Source of the DNA: Adineta vaga
Taxonomy: Eukaryota; Animalia; Rotifera
NCBI GenBank assembly: GCA_021613535.1
Contig: CP075495.1
Location: 6,138,001-6,202,000, forward strand
Direction of reading: 5' to 3'
Length of the DNA stretch: 64,000 bases
Shown: positions 28,801-40,651 of the stretch, piece after piece
How positions within the stretch are numbered: the first letter of the stretch is position 1
Layout: each line of letters opens with the position of its first letter
Translations under genes and position numbers: made by a program
Notes under the pieces: generated by a model
The model's database searches: none
What the model saw: only the letters and a program-made list of their open reading frames with translations
Told to the model about the DNA's origin: nothing

Positions 28801-31800
28801 GTCAATCATGGTATAGTTCATCCTTACTACCACATAAAGTAAATAAACATAAACAATCAACAAGTACGGTTGAACAATTTGTTTCTCCCTATCAACCTCA
28901 AACTGTTCAAATGCGTATTGCACCGTCACATGATGTCAAATATCGTACCAGTGAACAAATACAAATTCCATCTGTCTATGATTGGACTGAAGAAACGATT
29001 CAAACACCAATAAAACTAACGAAAACAACACGCGATATTGCTTTATCTCCCATCATGATTGAACAACATGATTTAACCTCGACAAAATCACCTAAACAAG
29101 CTCCTGAAAAAGTTGATCGATCGTGTCAATATAGTCTTGGAACACAAGATTTTGGTTTACAATGTCGTTTTGATAATTTAACATCATCAACTCAAGTATC
29201 AGCACATGATTTACCAAATTTTTTGGTTTCATATGGTGGAACTCAAACCGTTATTGATTCAACTCATCACTTAGATGATTCTGGTATTCATACACATATG
29301 CAAACTGTTTCACCATCTTTATCAGTTGTATCCTCAGAAAATCAACTAATTAATCAACCATTTACATTATCAGGACCGGATTTTATTCGTAAATTAAATG
29401 AACAACGTGATCAAGCATCAGCACTCACGGTAACACAATTTACAGATGATCATTATTATCTTCCATCAAATGATACTAATCACACAACAACAAATACTCG
29501 TCCAACAACTCTTGAACGTAGTGCAGATTCAGGCATTCTTGTTGATGATCAGGTTTGTTCTCTTCTTTTTTTTTCCATTGTTTGATTCTATATTCGATAT
29601 GTTTATAGTCATTACGAAATCGTTCGAATAAAGCAAATTTTGCTTTACAAGTCGATATTAAAGGTTCATCTTCTGATAGTGACGAAATTTCCGAAGTTAC
29701 TCAACGTCCAATCAATCGTTTAAACCTATCGACAAATGATGGTGCTTATGAACATCGTAGTGAACTAGTGATTACAACACGAAATTCTTCAAGAAATGAT
29801 CAACGATATGAACATTCAGTCATTTCATCAGCTAAAGAAATTGAACAACAAATTTTACAATTACAACGAGAACGTGCACATATATTAGAATTGCTTTCAT
29901 TAAATTGGAGTCGATCAAATATTTGGGTAGAACTAACTGAAGCAAAATTAAATTATATTATTGGAGAAACAGGTATGTCGACGCCATTTCTAGTGCTCTG
30001 TTTATAAGAATTCATCAAAGAAGAGATTATATAAAACGTGTTAATAATATCTTGCTATCTCATAAGTCTTAAGGATTCCTTTCATCACGATTTACTACTG
30101 AGAATCCTTCTAATAACTTAATGAAGTAAGTTCTATGACGTAGATATCAATAAAATTGTAATATTTGCGTAGAATTTCTATTTTCAGAACTAGTCAAATA
30201 GAAAGAGAGCCGGATGTGCTAAATACGAGATAAATTATTTTTATATCATTTCAAAATAGAAAAGTAAATGAGTCTTAAAGCAGGACACTTTGGCATGTTT
30301 AACTTTTTGAGATTGAATAATGTCTTTTAACATTAGATAGTCTAAATAAATACAAGAAAATAGAAGAATTTTTTTTCAAGGACATTTGAAATTGTGATCC
30401 CGATTAGATTAAATACAAGGAAATTTATTTCTATTCAAAAAATAAATCAATCATAATAATACGGAATCTTTATAGATTTAATCATCCTTAGAAGCTTGAC
30501 GTACAGGATCTCTAAAATGGATTGAATATAATCATGCATATTTTTCAAACAAATGGAATAGAATTCCTCAAGGATTCTCTTACAATTCATTTGTCTTCTT
30601 TTTTATCATCAGAAAAAAAAATCATATAGTTATTAAAAAACACTTATTACCATATCATGACAGAATAGTTGTTCAAAGAAATTTGATATTTTGATTATCT
30701 TCTATCCATAGTGTCACGTCTCTCAAATATTCTCTCTTTCACATATATGATAATATGGTATTACATCAATCCCCCGTAGGAAGTATTTTATTATCATATG
30801 ATATGCTAAAAAGTAGCGCAAAGTTTTTATCCATTTGATTTTTCGATACTAAGGAAACATTTACAGTTGTATAACGAAAGATCTTTGTCACATTGAACAC
30901 AAGGGACTTGTAATGTTGAATAGAAATAGAAATCTATCATCATTTTTGCCTGCTAACTGATCTGAATTTAATAAAAAGAAAAAATGCAAACTAATCTTTT
31001 CTTAGATGCTTTACTTCGATCATTATCATTCGATGCTAGTCCAATGGATAATGAACGTGTAAAATTAAAAATGCATCAATACGAAGAAGAAATGGCTGAA
31101 TTAACACGTCAACGTTTAGCAATCTATCGTGAACGTTTAGAAGATTCGAAACGACAAATAGATAAGAAAATTGATGAATTAGAATTGAAACGATCAGTCA
31201 TTGGACAGAATGCATCGCATTATTCAACTTTGGAATATACACCACGAGTGAATAATAATAGATATTCGAAATCTTATTTAAGTACAAGTGCAGAAAATCT
31301 AACGAATATGCCAGTACAAGATGCTATTTCCAGTCATCCACAATTTCTTGATGTTTCATTCTTAACATCAACACCAGCAAATCAAAATAGTGCCATTCCA
31401 CCCCGATATCCTCGTGTAACACGTTATCCTCATCAAGATATTCAACGAACGGTCTATCGTCCAACACCACGTTATCCATCAACTGTGATTACATCAAATC
31501 CTGATAATCGTTATGATTATCCACGTTATCGTTCAACATCATATGTAACACCAAGTAGTAATCTTTCTGGTTTACAAGGTTTAAGTAAAAGTCAACAAGC
31601 AATATTAGATGAAACCGATAAATTAGTGAGAGATTCTCAACAATTTCACAGTGAATCAGCATCACAATTTGAACGTGCAAGAGAAAGTCTATTATCAAGG
31701 TAATCTATTGTTTATTTTTGCGTTTGGCGTCGTCAATTTTTTATATTTTTGAAAAGAACCTTTTTCAGTTCATATTTTACACAGGTAATTGATCATTTCC

Positions 31801-32115
31801 TTCTTTATTTGCATGAACGAATGAATGAATGAATGAACAAATAAGTGATGTGCTTGCTAGCATGATATTGAGTTGGAGAAATTGGAAAAGAGAGATTGTA
31901 AACGAAATTTTCATTTGTTTTCATTTATTTCTAGTGAAACACCAATTCGGTTGGCACGAGCAAATATGGCTGCATCTCGTCGTTCGCCAAATACAAATTA
32001 TCTTCCAACAGATGTGACATTAGCTGAATTATTTAAATATGAACAGTCTTTAGCTAGAGAAACAGCAAAGAATACTCGAACATATTCATCGATCTCGACA
32101 AGTGCCGAATCTTAG
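10847..32115 (+). CDS. Giant (~3,107 aa) largely disordered protein of unknown family; N-terminal Cys/His motifs, C-terminal coiled coils
   Basis: 14 GT-AG exons, all phase-compatible, summing to 9,324 nt: 10847-10904, 12530-13235, 14662-14942, 18508-19476, 20738-21937, 22081-22257, 23117-23725, 24793-25023, 25113-26458, 26978-28402, 28470-29552, 29609-29972, 31006-31699, 31935-32115. Joining them all into a single transcript is inferred. Confidence 0.75.
13858..13898 (+). repeat. (TA)n microsatellite, representative of many TA, GA, CAT and GAA tracts in the introns
   Basis: atatatatatgtatatgtatatatatatatatatatatata read directly. Confidence 0.85.
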
Positions 32116-32689
32116 CATTTAATAACTTGCTCTTATCTTGTATAGTTTGGAATCGTTTTTCCAGAAGTTTTCTATGCCGTCCATTTGACGAAAATATAAT
32201 CCATGCACAAAAAGAAATCTGCTGGTGCTGATTAAGCTCAGTTTTGTGTTTTTCCCTCTCTCTCTCTCTCTCTTTCTTTTGCGTGTCCATATATAGTTCG
32301 TTTTTTCTCTGCAGCTATTGTTGTTTGTTATGCGACATGTTTTCCTTTTCTCTCTATGTGTGTTTTGGTTTCATTCTTTTTTTCTCCTTTGCTCCCGTTT
32401 CGTTTTTTTTCAAAGCTCAACATTTCATTTTTGGCTATTTTTGAAATTTGTATGAAAAGAAAATAGAAATAAATAAGATTATCAACTTGCATATGATAAA
32501 TAGAAATGATTTCAATTTTCTAAAGCCATGTAAGATTGTCTACTTGAATGATCATGTCGATTTAGATTTTGTCAATTTCATCGTTAAATAAAATAAAAGC
32601 TTGAGTGTGTTTGATTGTAAAGAAAGAAAAATGAAAGGGTGAAAGAGAGAAAGATAAAGGAAAAAATAGAGATGGAAAATCCTGTTTGC

Positions 32690-32940
32690 ATCTCTATCCG
32701 CTCGGTCGGTCACTATAGGTTTCTCTAGTTTTTACGGCCGGTGTGACGCGCCATACATCCGTTTTTCATGCACTGTGCTTTTTTTCTTTTTTTTGCTTTT
32801 CCTTATTTTATGTCCTTTTTTCTGTCATAATTAAAATAGTTCTCTTCTTCATTTTCTTCTTTTCCCTTGGGCGACAAAAAAAAAGAGAAAACGCGCTAAC
32901 GTCTTCTGCTTATGAAGCAACCGCCGTAGAGTACAGGTAA
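32690..32940 (+). promoter_or_regulatory. CpG-enriched putative promoter / first non-coding exon of PDE1
   Basis: Local GC/CpG enrichment (tccgctcggtcggtc...tacggccggtgtgacgcgcc) in an AT-rich background, just upstream of the PDE1 first-exon candidates, with a donor-like cag|gtaaat at 32937. Confidence 0.4.
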
Positions 32941-33139
32941 ATGACGGTTTGCTGTGTCAGCAAGCAGGATGTTGATGAGCACAGAAATCATAATTCTCGT
33001 TCTTATGTTTTTTCTCTCTCTCTCTCTCTCTTTCTTTCTCTCCCTTTCTCTCTCTCGTGAAATCCTTCTCGCATGATCAACATTACCACTACCACACAAA
33101 TCTTAGCTGAACATCATCTAAGTAAATACAAAAAAGATA

Positions 33140-36100
33140 ATGCTGTTGCAAGACGGTGTTACTACACCGCATGATAGTCTTCCTAATTATTTATTTATTG
33201 CTGATCATCATCGTCTTTCCCTACATTTATGTAAGATAAGATAATTTGTCAAACAAAATCGTTTAGTTTTAATTATTATTCATAGAAAAAAAAGACAAAA
33301 CAATACTTATCTTACCAATTGTTTATGCATATTTATGCAAATGCCGGGACGAAAAGTTCGCTTAACTTCTGGCTCATCACTAGTAATCATTGGAACTTCA
33401 CTTACAAATTCGGCATCTAAAACAATAAAAGGTAAAGATAAAAAGTTATCGAGTTCTTAATAAATGAAATCTCAGATGATTTTAATCTTATATATATATA
33501 TATAATATAGAAAGGAAAGAAACATGTTTTCATTAGAAGCTAACATGGATTTTTCTTTAGACCAAGAAAAGCTTAAAGCTACGCTTCATCTATTCAAGAA
33601 GAATTGACGTCATTCGTTGTCAGCTGTCATGATCATAGAATGCCTTAAGGAGCATCCCGTCTGGAGAGACAAGAATAAAGATATAACTGAACAGAAAATA
33701 AGCTTAACGAAGCAAATATTATTTATTATTCTTTGAATGAAAACAGAAATGATATTAATGAGTTGAAAAATCATCTAAATGATCAATTCGATACTAAGTC
33801 TTCTTACACAAAAGAAAACAGTTATAGGAAAGAATAGCATGTTCTGCCAAGAAGAAAAAAAATTGGTTTTCGTGACTAAATTTATTGAGAAAATCCTCTT
33901 AAGTTTTGATGTACCTACTACAATGTGCGTGCAAACGATTTCTTTTTTCCTAAGAAAAAAAAATTAGTCGAATAAATGTTGTTTATTAAAGAATTAGCCT
34001 TTAGGCAAATCCGATTGTACGCATTATTTTGACAAGAGAGACGAAATCGACTCATCGGAAGTTGATGATCTAAATACTATTCGTTTCGGACAAAAAAAGA
34101 AAGAAATCAGAATGAATGATGGTGAGGATGATGATTTTAAGTATTCTCTTGCCTCTCTATTTTTTTCTTCGCTTTTTTTTCTTCGATTGCTTTCGACAGA
34201 GTTTTTTGTATGTGTATCTTTTGTAAAGATGTTACTGATTTTGTTGCTTTTAGACAGTACGATGTTGATAGGGCTGAACATACATCTCATTTCATTAACA
34301 TCCGAAAAAATGTTAGCGTATTCAAGCATTCCATTGACAATTAGATAAAGAGGCCTATATCTACATCCATTTTTTTTTAAGTAAAAGATAGACGACATTT
34401 TTAAAAAGAAACAGCGTATGTGCAAGTAATTTTAAGTAACGGAAGAAACGATGTTACAATTTGCTGGAGATCTGGCTCAGGTGAAGTTTTATCAGAACAA
34501 TCGTGGCCATATTTTTGTAAAATTAAATGATGGAACAATGATCAATGGTGTGATTTGTTTTCCTTTTGTTTATTCTTTTCTGCTATGAATTAAATTGAGA
34601 TGAAAATTTTTTCTTTTCTTTTTTTATTTATTCTTCTAGTCTCGGGAGCAACAGGCACCAAACGACATCATCATCATCGTCATTCATCAAAATCGAACAA
34701 AGCACTCGTAACAGCAACAGCGATTAATAATGAAGGTAGTTAATGATTAGAAGAGTTAATTTGATTTTGAAAGAGACTATAAGAAAGAATAACAATTGTT
34801 CTTTCTCTTTGCCGAACGATATAAGTAAATATGAGACTAAATAAAATAGTGAAGAAAATCACAACGAAGAAGAACATTTTTCTTTCTTATTAACATCAAA
34901 AAATTTGACAGGCTCTGGTTTATTTCATGACTTTCACTGTTTTATCTGACGGTAAGTCATGAAATGTACGAAACCTTAGTTACTTTTTTTCTTTATCTTA
35001 TTGAATAAAAGTATCTTTTTAACATCAATAGTATATAAATGATAGAAAAATGATGATGAAATCTGTGGGATTCCTTTCTACATATTCGCAGTATGATTTA
35101 ATGCATCTTCTGCTGTGTTGAGTATCTTACATGAAAACATGATTTGCTATCTATCTCTTTTACGTTTTCTGTCTTTTTCTCTAATCATTCATTGACAAAA
35201 AAGAGAATCTAAGACTTGTTCTATTCTCCTTAGTTTACATGTTCATTGATGACTTCCAATCAATACAAGCTATATATATATATTCAATGTAAACAAACTG
35301 TGTTTTTCTCGTTCGAAAAATTCTGTTTTTATTGAATATATTTAACTTGATAACATATATTCAATTGAATAAGGTTCTATTTCTTTCTAGAACATCAATC
35401 ATCGATCTTTTCAAGCAAAAAAAAATCGACTGGTGACACTGATGCAATGGGACTTGGTGCTACCAATTCACATGATATTATCGAACATGATGTTGGTAAT
35501 TTAACAAAAATGAATCAGCTACCAGCAGCAAGTTCCTTCGAAGCATTAAAGCTGAGTAGTGAGAGGTAAATCATATTTCTATTATTTAACTACTTATATA
35601 CAATTCGATTGCTTAATTTAATAAAACAAAATTAAATAAGAATCTGTTCGACTAATTTCGAAATATGATATCTATATGCAAGTAAAAATGCACGTAAAAT
35701 TTCGATAAATATTTTAATTAGATAAGATTCATAAAAATCGATATTTCAATAAGACGAAAACAAAAGAAAAGTCCATTATTATTATTATTTCTTTTTTGTT
35801 CTATTTAGATTACGGACAATAATTGCTGCTCTTCATTGTAATATACTTATACGAAAAGATGATCTCGTGCGTAATTTGGATTATGCGGCTAATGTTCTTG
35901 AGGGTGTTTATCAAGATGAAACAAAGTAAGTTAGATTTTTATTAAATTTAACCATTGGCTAGATTCTTTTCTACTTCTTTACTTCTCATTTATTTAAGTT
36001 TTACTTTCTTTTTTCACATAAAACCTCATATATATGTATATATTCTCACAGACAAAAACAGCAGTCACACTATCAACATAAATCAGAAACATCTACTCGT

Positions 36101-39100
36101 CGGTAAGCGCATGAGATCAAGTCGTCTATGAACATCCTAATCATTATCGTTACCTCCCACTCATCACTAATGAAAGTAGAAAGCTTCTGATTTTGCACAT
36201 ATAATTCTAGATTGAAACTAACCTTCCGTTTTTTTGTAAAACTCATACGCACCCTTCTAGTGAGATTCAGACTGTTAATTAGCTGCATTATAAATTATTC
36301 TGATCGAATATGTGTGAAAAATGAAATTCTTGAGAAAAGTTATTTTTACATATGAAAACTTATCTTTCCAAGTATCATAGAATAATCGTAGATGCAGATA
36401 TGGTATTTGGATAAGCTACTTAGCTTGTTTATTTTGTAATAATAGTTTTGTTGCATGATTACTCTTGTTAGTTTTATCTTTTTCCTTCTTTCTTTTTCTT
36501 TTCTCTCGTTTAGATACTCATTCGTGTATACCCGAGTTTTGTTTTTATCACTGCAATTATGTGTAAATGAAACACTTTTAAAAGTGTTTCGTCTTGTAAC
36601 ACTTACTATTATCATTATCACTAACAATAACATCTACGCAATGATGATTTTCTATACATTTATGAAAAAAATGAGAGAAAGTGAAAAACAGAGAGATAGA
36701 GAGAGAGAGAGATAGAGAAAGAAAAGAAAATGTTGTTAATAATTGTCATGTCGATGGTAGAAAATTTGTAGCTTAGTGAAAAAATGCAGCAAAATAAAAC
36801 TATGTTCATTTTGTTCTCTTGGCCTTTGTCAGATTTTCATTTCTTTCTATTTTCTAGACGACTTATGGAAGAAGACGATGATGCTTTATCAGAAATTGAA
36901 CCTGATTCAGTACCAAATGAAGTACGAGATTGGTTAGCCATGACATTCACTCGATCTATGTCAACAATAAAACGTAAACCGGCTGAAAAACCAAGATTTA
37001 AAAGTGTTGCTCAAGCAATTCGTGCTGGAATAATGGTTGACAGGTGCGTAAGCAATCTCAACAGTTGTTCTCTATTTTTTGATCTAATCAAAAAAAAACA
37101 TCATAGGATAAAAAAACACAGAAGTCTTTTTTTGCATAGGTTATTTTCCTTTTATTTCTAAGTATATCTGTGCTAGAAAAATTGATTTTTTTTTCTTATT
37201 GTGTGTTGCAGCTGTGCCAGGTATGACTTCAGCAGTCGCTCTAAATCTAGATGCAGTCCGCATTTTTTGTCGTATACTTTAAATGTTTTCTCTTCTTTTT
37301 CTTCTTCCTTTCTCTTTGTCTATTCACCATCCTTTTTCTGCTGATCACCCTTTGTCAAGATTGTCAAAATATGGTCTCTTCAGGTGATATTGAAGGTATG
37401 ATTATTTTCAACTAACAACGACGAACAAGAGAAAACTAAAGATATCTCATTGGAAGATAAGGCATACCATGCCGGATTTGGTTTGATTATTTGCACATAT
37501 CCTTCCCTACTTGGATGTACCGCTCGAATTGGCATCCAATGTTTTGTGTATGTTTTCTAGGTACCTGAGACGTCTGTCTATCGACATTAAATTTAAGGTA
37601 TTTCAAAAAACATGAGTGATTCTATCGTTCGAAATCTTCTGTCTTTTCATCATCTGAGTTCTTTTATTCGAACCTCTTGCTGTGCTCTTCTTCTTCTGTC
37701 TTCTATTCTTTCAAAACAACTGTATACTTCTGCACATTTGATATTTACACATACACGATTTTCTCAATGTTGGCTAATACACGCTAGCTCGTTCTATTAC
37801 TCACACACACACACACACGGATATATATATAGATAGATATATATAACTAATATAAGGTTATAAACAATAAAAATCGACCAAAATACGTTTAGACTATTTC
37901 GAAGAAATACTGTGGCTGTAAGTTCGGGTTTTCATCAAGTAAGTTGATTACTAGTTCGATAAACGTGAGGTATATCCTTTGCTAAACATTTTTCTCTCTC
38001 TCTGCATCTATTTATATCTATCCTCTTTTGATTTGAATTTTTCATTAGCACGAATGTATTAAATATGCATGCTTTTTATGTTGTCCAGTTGAATGGAATA
38101 TTTTGTTGATAAAAGTTATTTTCTATCGAACAGATTTTTTCTTTTGTTTTCTTTTTTATTTCCTCACATCTAGACAATTAATGAATGGACATTTGATGTA
38201 TTTTCTGTTAACGAATTCACCAATGGACAATGTTTACGTTATATTGGTTTTGAACTTATGCAACGATATAATTTACCGAATAAACTTCGAGTAAATCTCT
38301 TTGATTTATTCATTCATTCTTTCATGTTTATTCAATTTTAGATTCCAATCACAGCATTACAAAATTTTCTTGAACAAATGGAAAGTGGTTATAGCAAATA
38401 TCGAAATCCATATCATAATTTAATTCATGCAGCTGATGTCTTACAAACGATCTATCAAATTGTTTACAATTCTGGTCTTATGGTAGAGGTTAACATCGTT
38501 TTCTAGTCTATCTTTGCTTTGTAGATTGTAGAAGGAAAAAAAGAACGAAATCACTGATTGCATTGTTTAGATTTCACTTTCACTTAGCATTGTGTAAAAT
38601 TCTAGATTTTTTATTCACCACGTAGACTTCGTTTATATGAATTGATTTGAAATATTCATTTATTTGCTTTTATAATTAGAATTGGTTAACGGATCATGAA
38701 TTATTTGCAATGTTTATTGCAGCAATTGTACATGATTTTGAACATACAGGAACATCAAATAATTTTCATATTCAATCAAGGTAAGTGTTAATTCAAATAT
38801 CTGAAAGAACATTTATGTCTCTTTTGTATATCAGATATACTACGATGTTTTGTGAAAGGATTTATGGAATTTTGTTTTTTTTATAAAATTTAGATCTGAT
38901 GTGGCTTTAACATACAATGATCGAGCTGTACTTGAAAATCATCATGTTAGTGCTGCATTTCGTTTAATGCGAGTAGATGATTACAATATTATATCTGAAT
39001 TTACAGCCGATGAATATAAGTATGTCAAACGAATTATTGTTTATTGACTTATAATTCGTTTATTATTTAAAGAAATTTTCGACATCTCGTTATCGAAATG

Positions 39101-39968
39101 GTGCTTGCGACAGATATGAGTTGTCATTTTACTCAATTGAAAACAATGAGAAGTTTATTAAGTATGCCAGAAAAGTAAGTCAATTGCAAGAGATATATTT
39201 TCAATATCTATATGTATGTTCGTATGATAAAATAGTATTGAAAAAGCTAAAGCATTAGCACTAATATTACATTGTGCTGATATAAGTCATCCAGGTAAAC
39301 CGTGGACAATTCATCAAATATGGACACAATCATTGATGGAAGAGTTCTTTACACAAGGTCAAAAAGAGAAAGATCTTGGTTTACCTTGTTCACCATTATG
39401 TGACCGTGAAAATACACTAGTTGCTGAATCACAAATCGGTAAATATTTTCAATAGATTTTCAACTCATTTTGAAAATTTTCTTTCTGTAGGTTTTATTCA
39501 ATATATTGTCGAACCATCATTTATTGTTATGGGTGATATGTTAGATAAAGTATTGAAATCTATTGTTGCTAATGATTCTCAACTACCATCACCATCATTA
39601 CCAACAAGAAGTCAAGTATCATCACCAACACCATCAGCAGCATCATCAACTAGTTCAAATGTTAATCCTGAAGAATCAAACGAGTAAGAAATGAATGTTT
39701 TCTATAAAGAATTTCTATTAACAATAATTCATAAATCATTTCAGAGCAGATAAAAGATTACCAGCATCTATGACAACACCCATACCTCGGCCAACTATTG
39801 CTCGAAGACCATGGGCTGATTATTTGAAATCCAACAGAGAACGATGGATAAAAGAAGCAGGTTAGAATTATTGAATCATTTTTTTTCGAAAGTTTTCTTT
39901 TTTCTTTATCTTTTATAGAAGAAGAACGACGACGTAAAGAACTAAAAGTTATTGAAGAAGAACCATAA
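33140..39968 (+). CDS. PDE1: Ca2+/calmodulin-dependent 3',5'-cyclic nucleotide phosphodiesterase 1
   Basis: Core exons 34640-34735, 35391-35565, 35809-35925, 36858-37043, [variable exon 37200-37940], 38174-38290, 38342-38482, 38680-38780, 38894-39019, 39073-39174, 39236-39438, 39490-39683, 39746-39860, 39918-39968. The PDE1-specific N-domain is present (LSEIEPDSVPNEVRDWLAMTF...KPRFKSVAQAIRAGIMVDR), as are catalytic motifs NPYHNLIHAADV, HDFEHTGTSNNF, VLENHH, ATDMS, HCADISHP and QIGFIQYIVEP. The first coding exon is uncertain (three candidates). Confidence 0.96.
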
Positions 39969-40651
39969 AATAAAACTTTCATCCAAACTTATCACATTCC
40001 ATATTCAACACACATAAACATATGTTTCCTTTTCTTATGTTGCTATGCAATTCATTTATACCTATTATCGAACATATCGATAAATCTATAATAACATTAT
40101 AATGATCTATAATCATTCTTTTCTCTTTCTATATGTATGCGTATATGTGCATAGGTATTACTATATTTATATTTCTGTTTCTGCGTACTATTTCTAGTTT
40201 TGCTTCAGTTCTGGCTTTTGTTTCTTCTTTCTTATCATCTTCGTTTTGCTAACGTCAGTTCCTAAAACAAATTTTAGTTATCAATATTTTTTATAGTAAA
40301 GTGTTTTATGTTATATTTCATTTGTTTGATTAATAATAACAAAACAACACCACCACCACCACAATGAATTGAATATCTCGAGAAAAGAAAATGATAATTG
40401 CACCATTTTGAACGATACTAACACCATCTATAAAGCATAAATATCGACTTTTTTTCTCAATATATATATTTGATGATCAAATTTAAAAGAAAATATAAAT
40501 TCTTTTGAATAAAAATCGAAAATTTTGTCGAAGAAATGATTTGCAATTTAACAAAAAAACTGCGGTTCTTTGTTTCATTTCTTTTCATTGTTCATGCTTC
40601 GTTTTTTCAATCAGTGCATTTATATCGTTCTTTACGTTACCGAACCTATCT

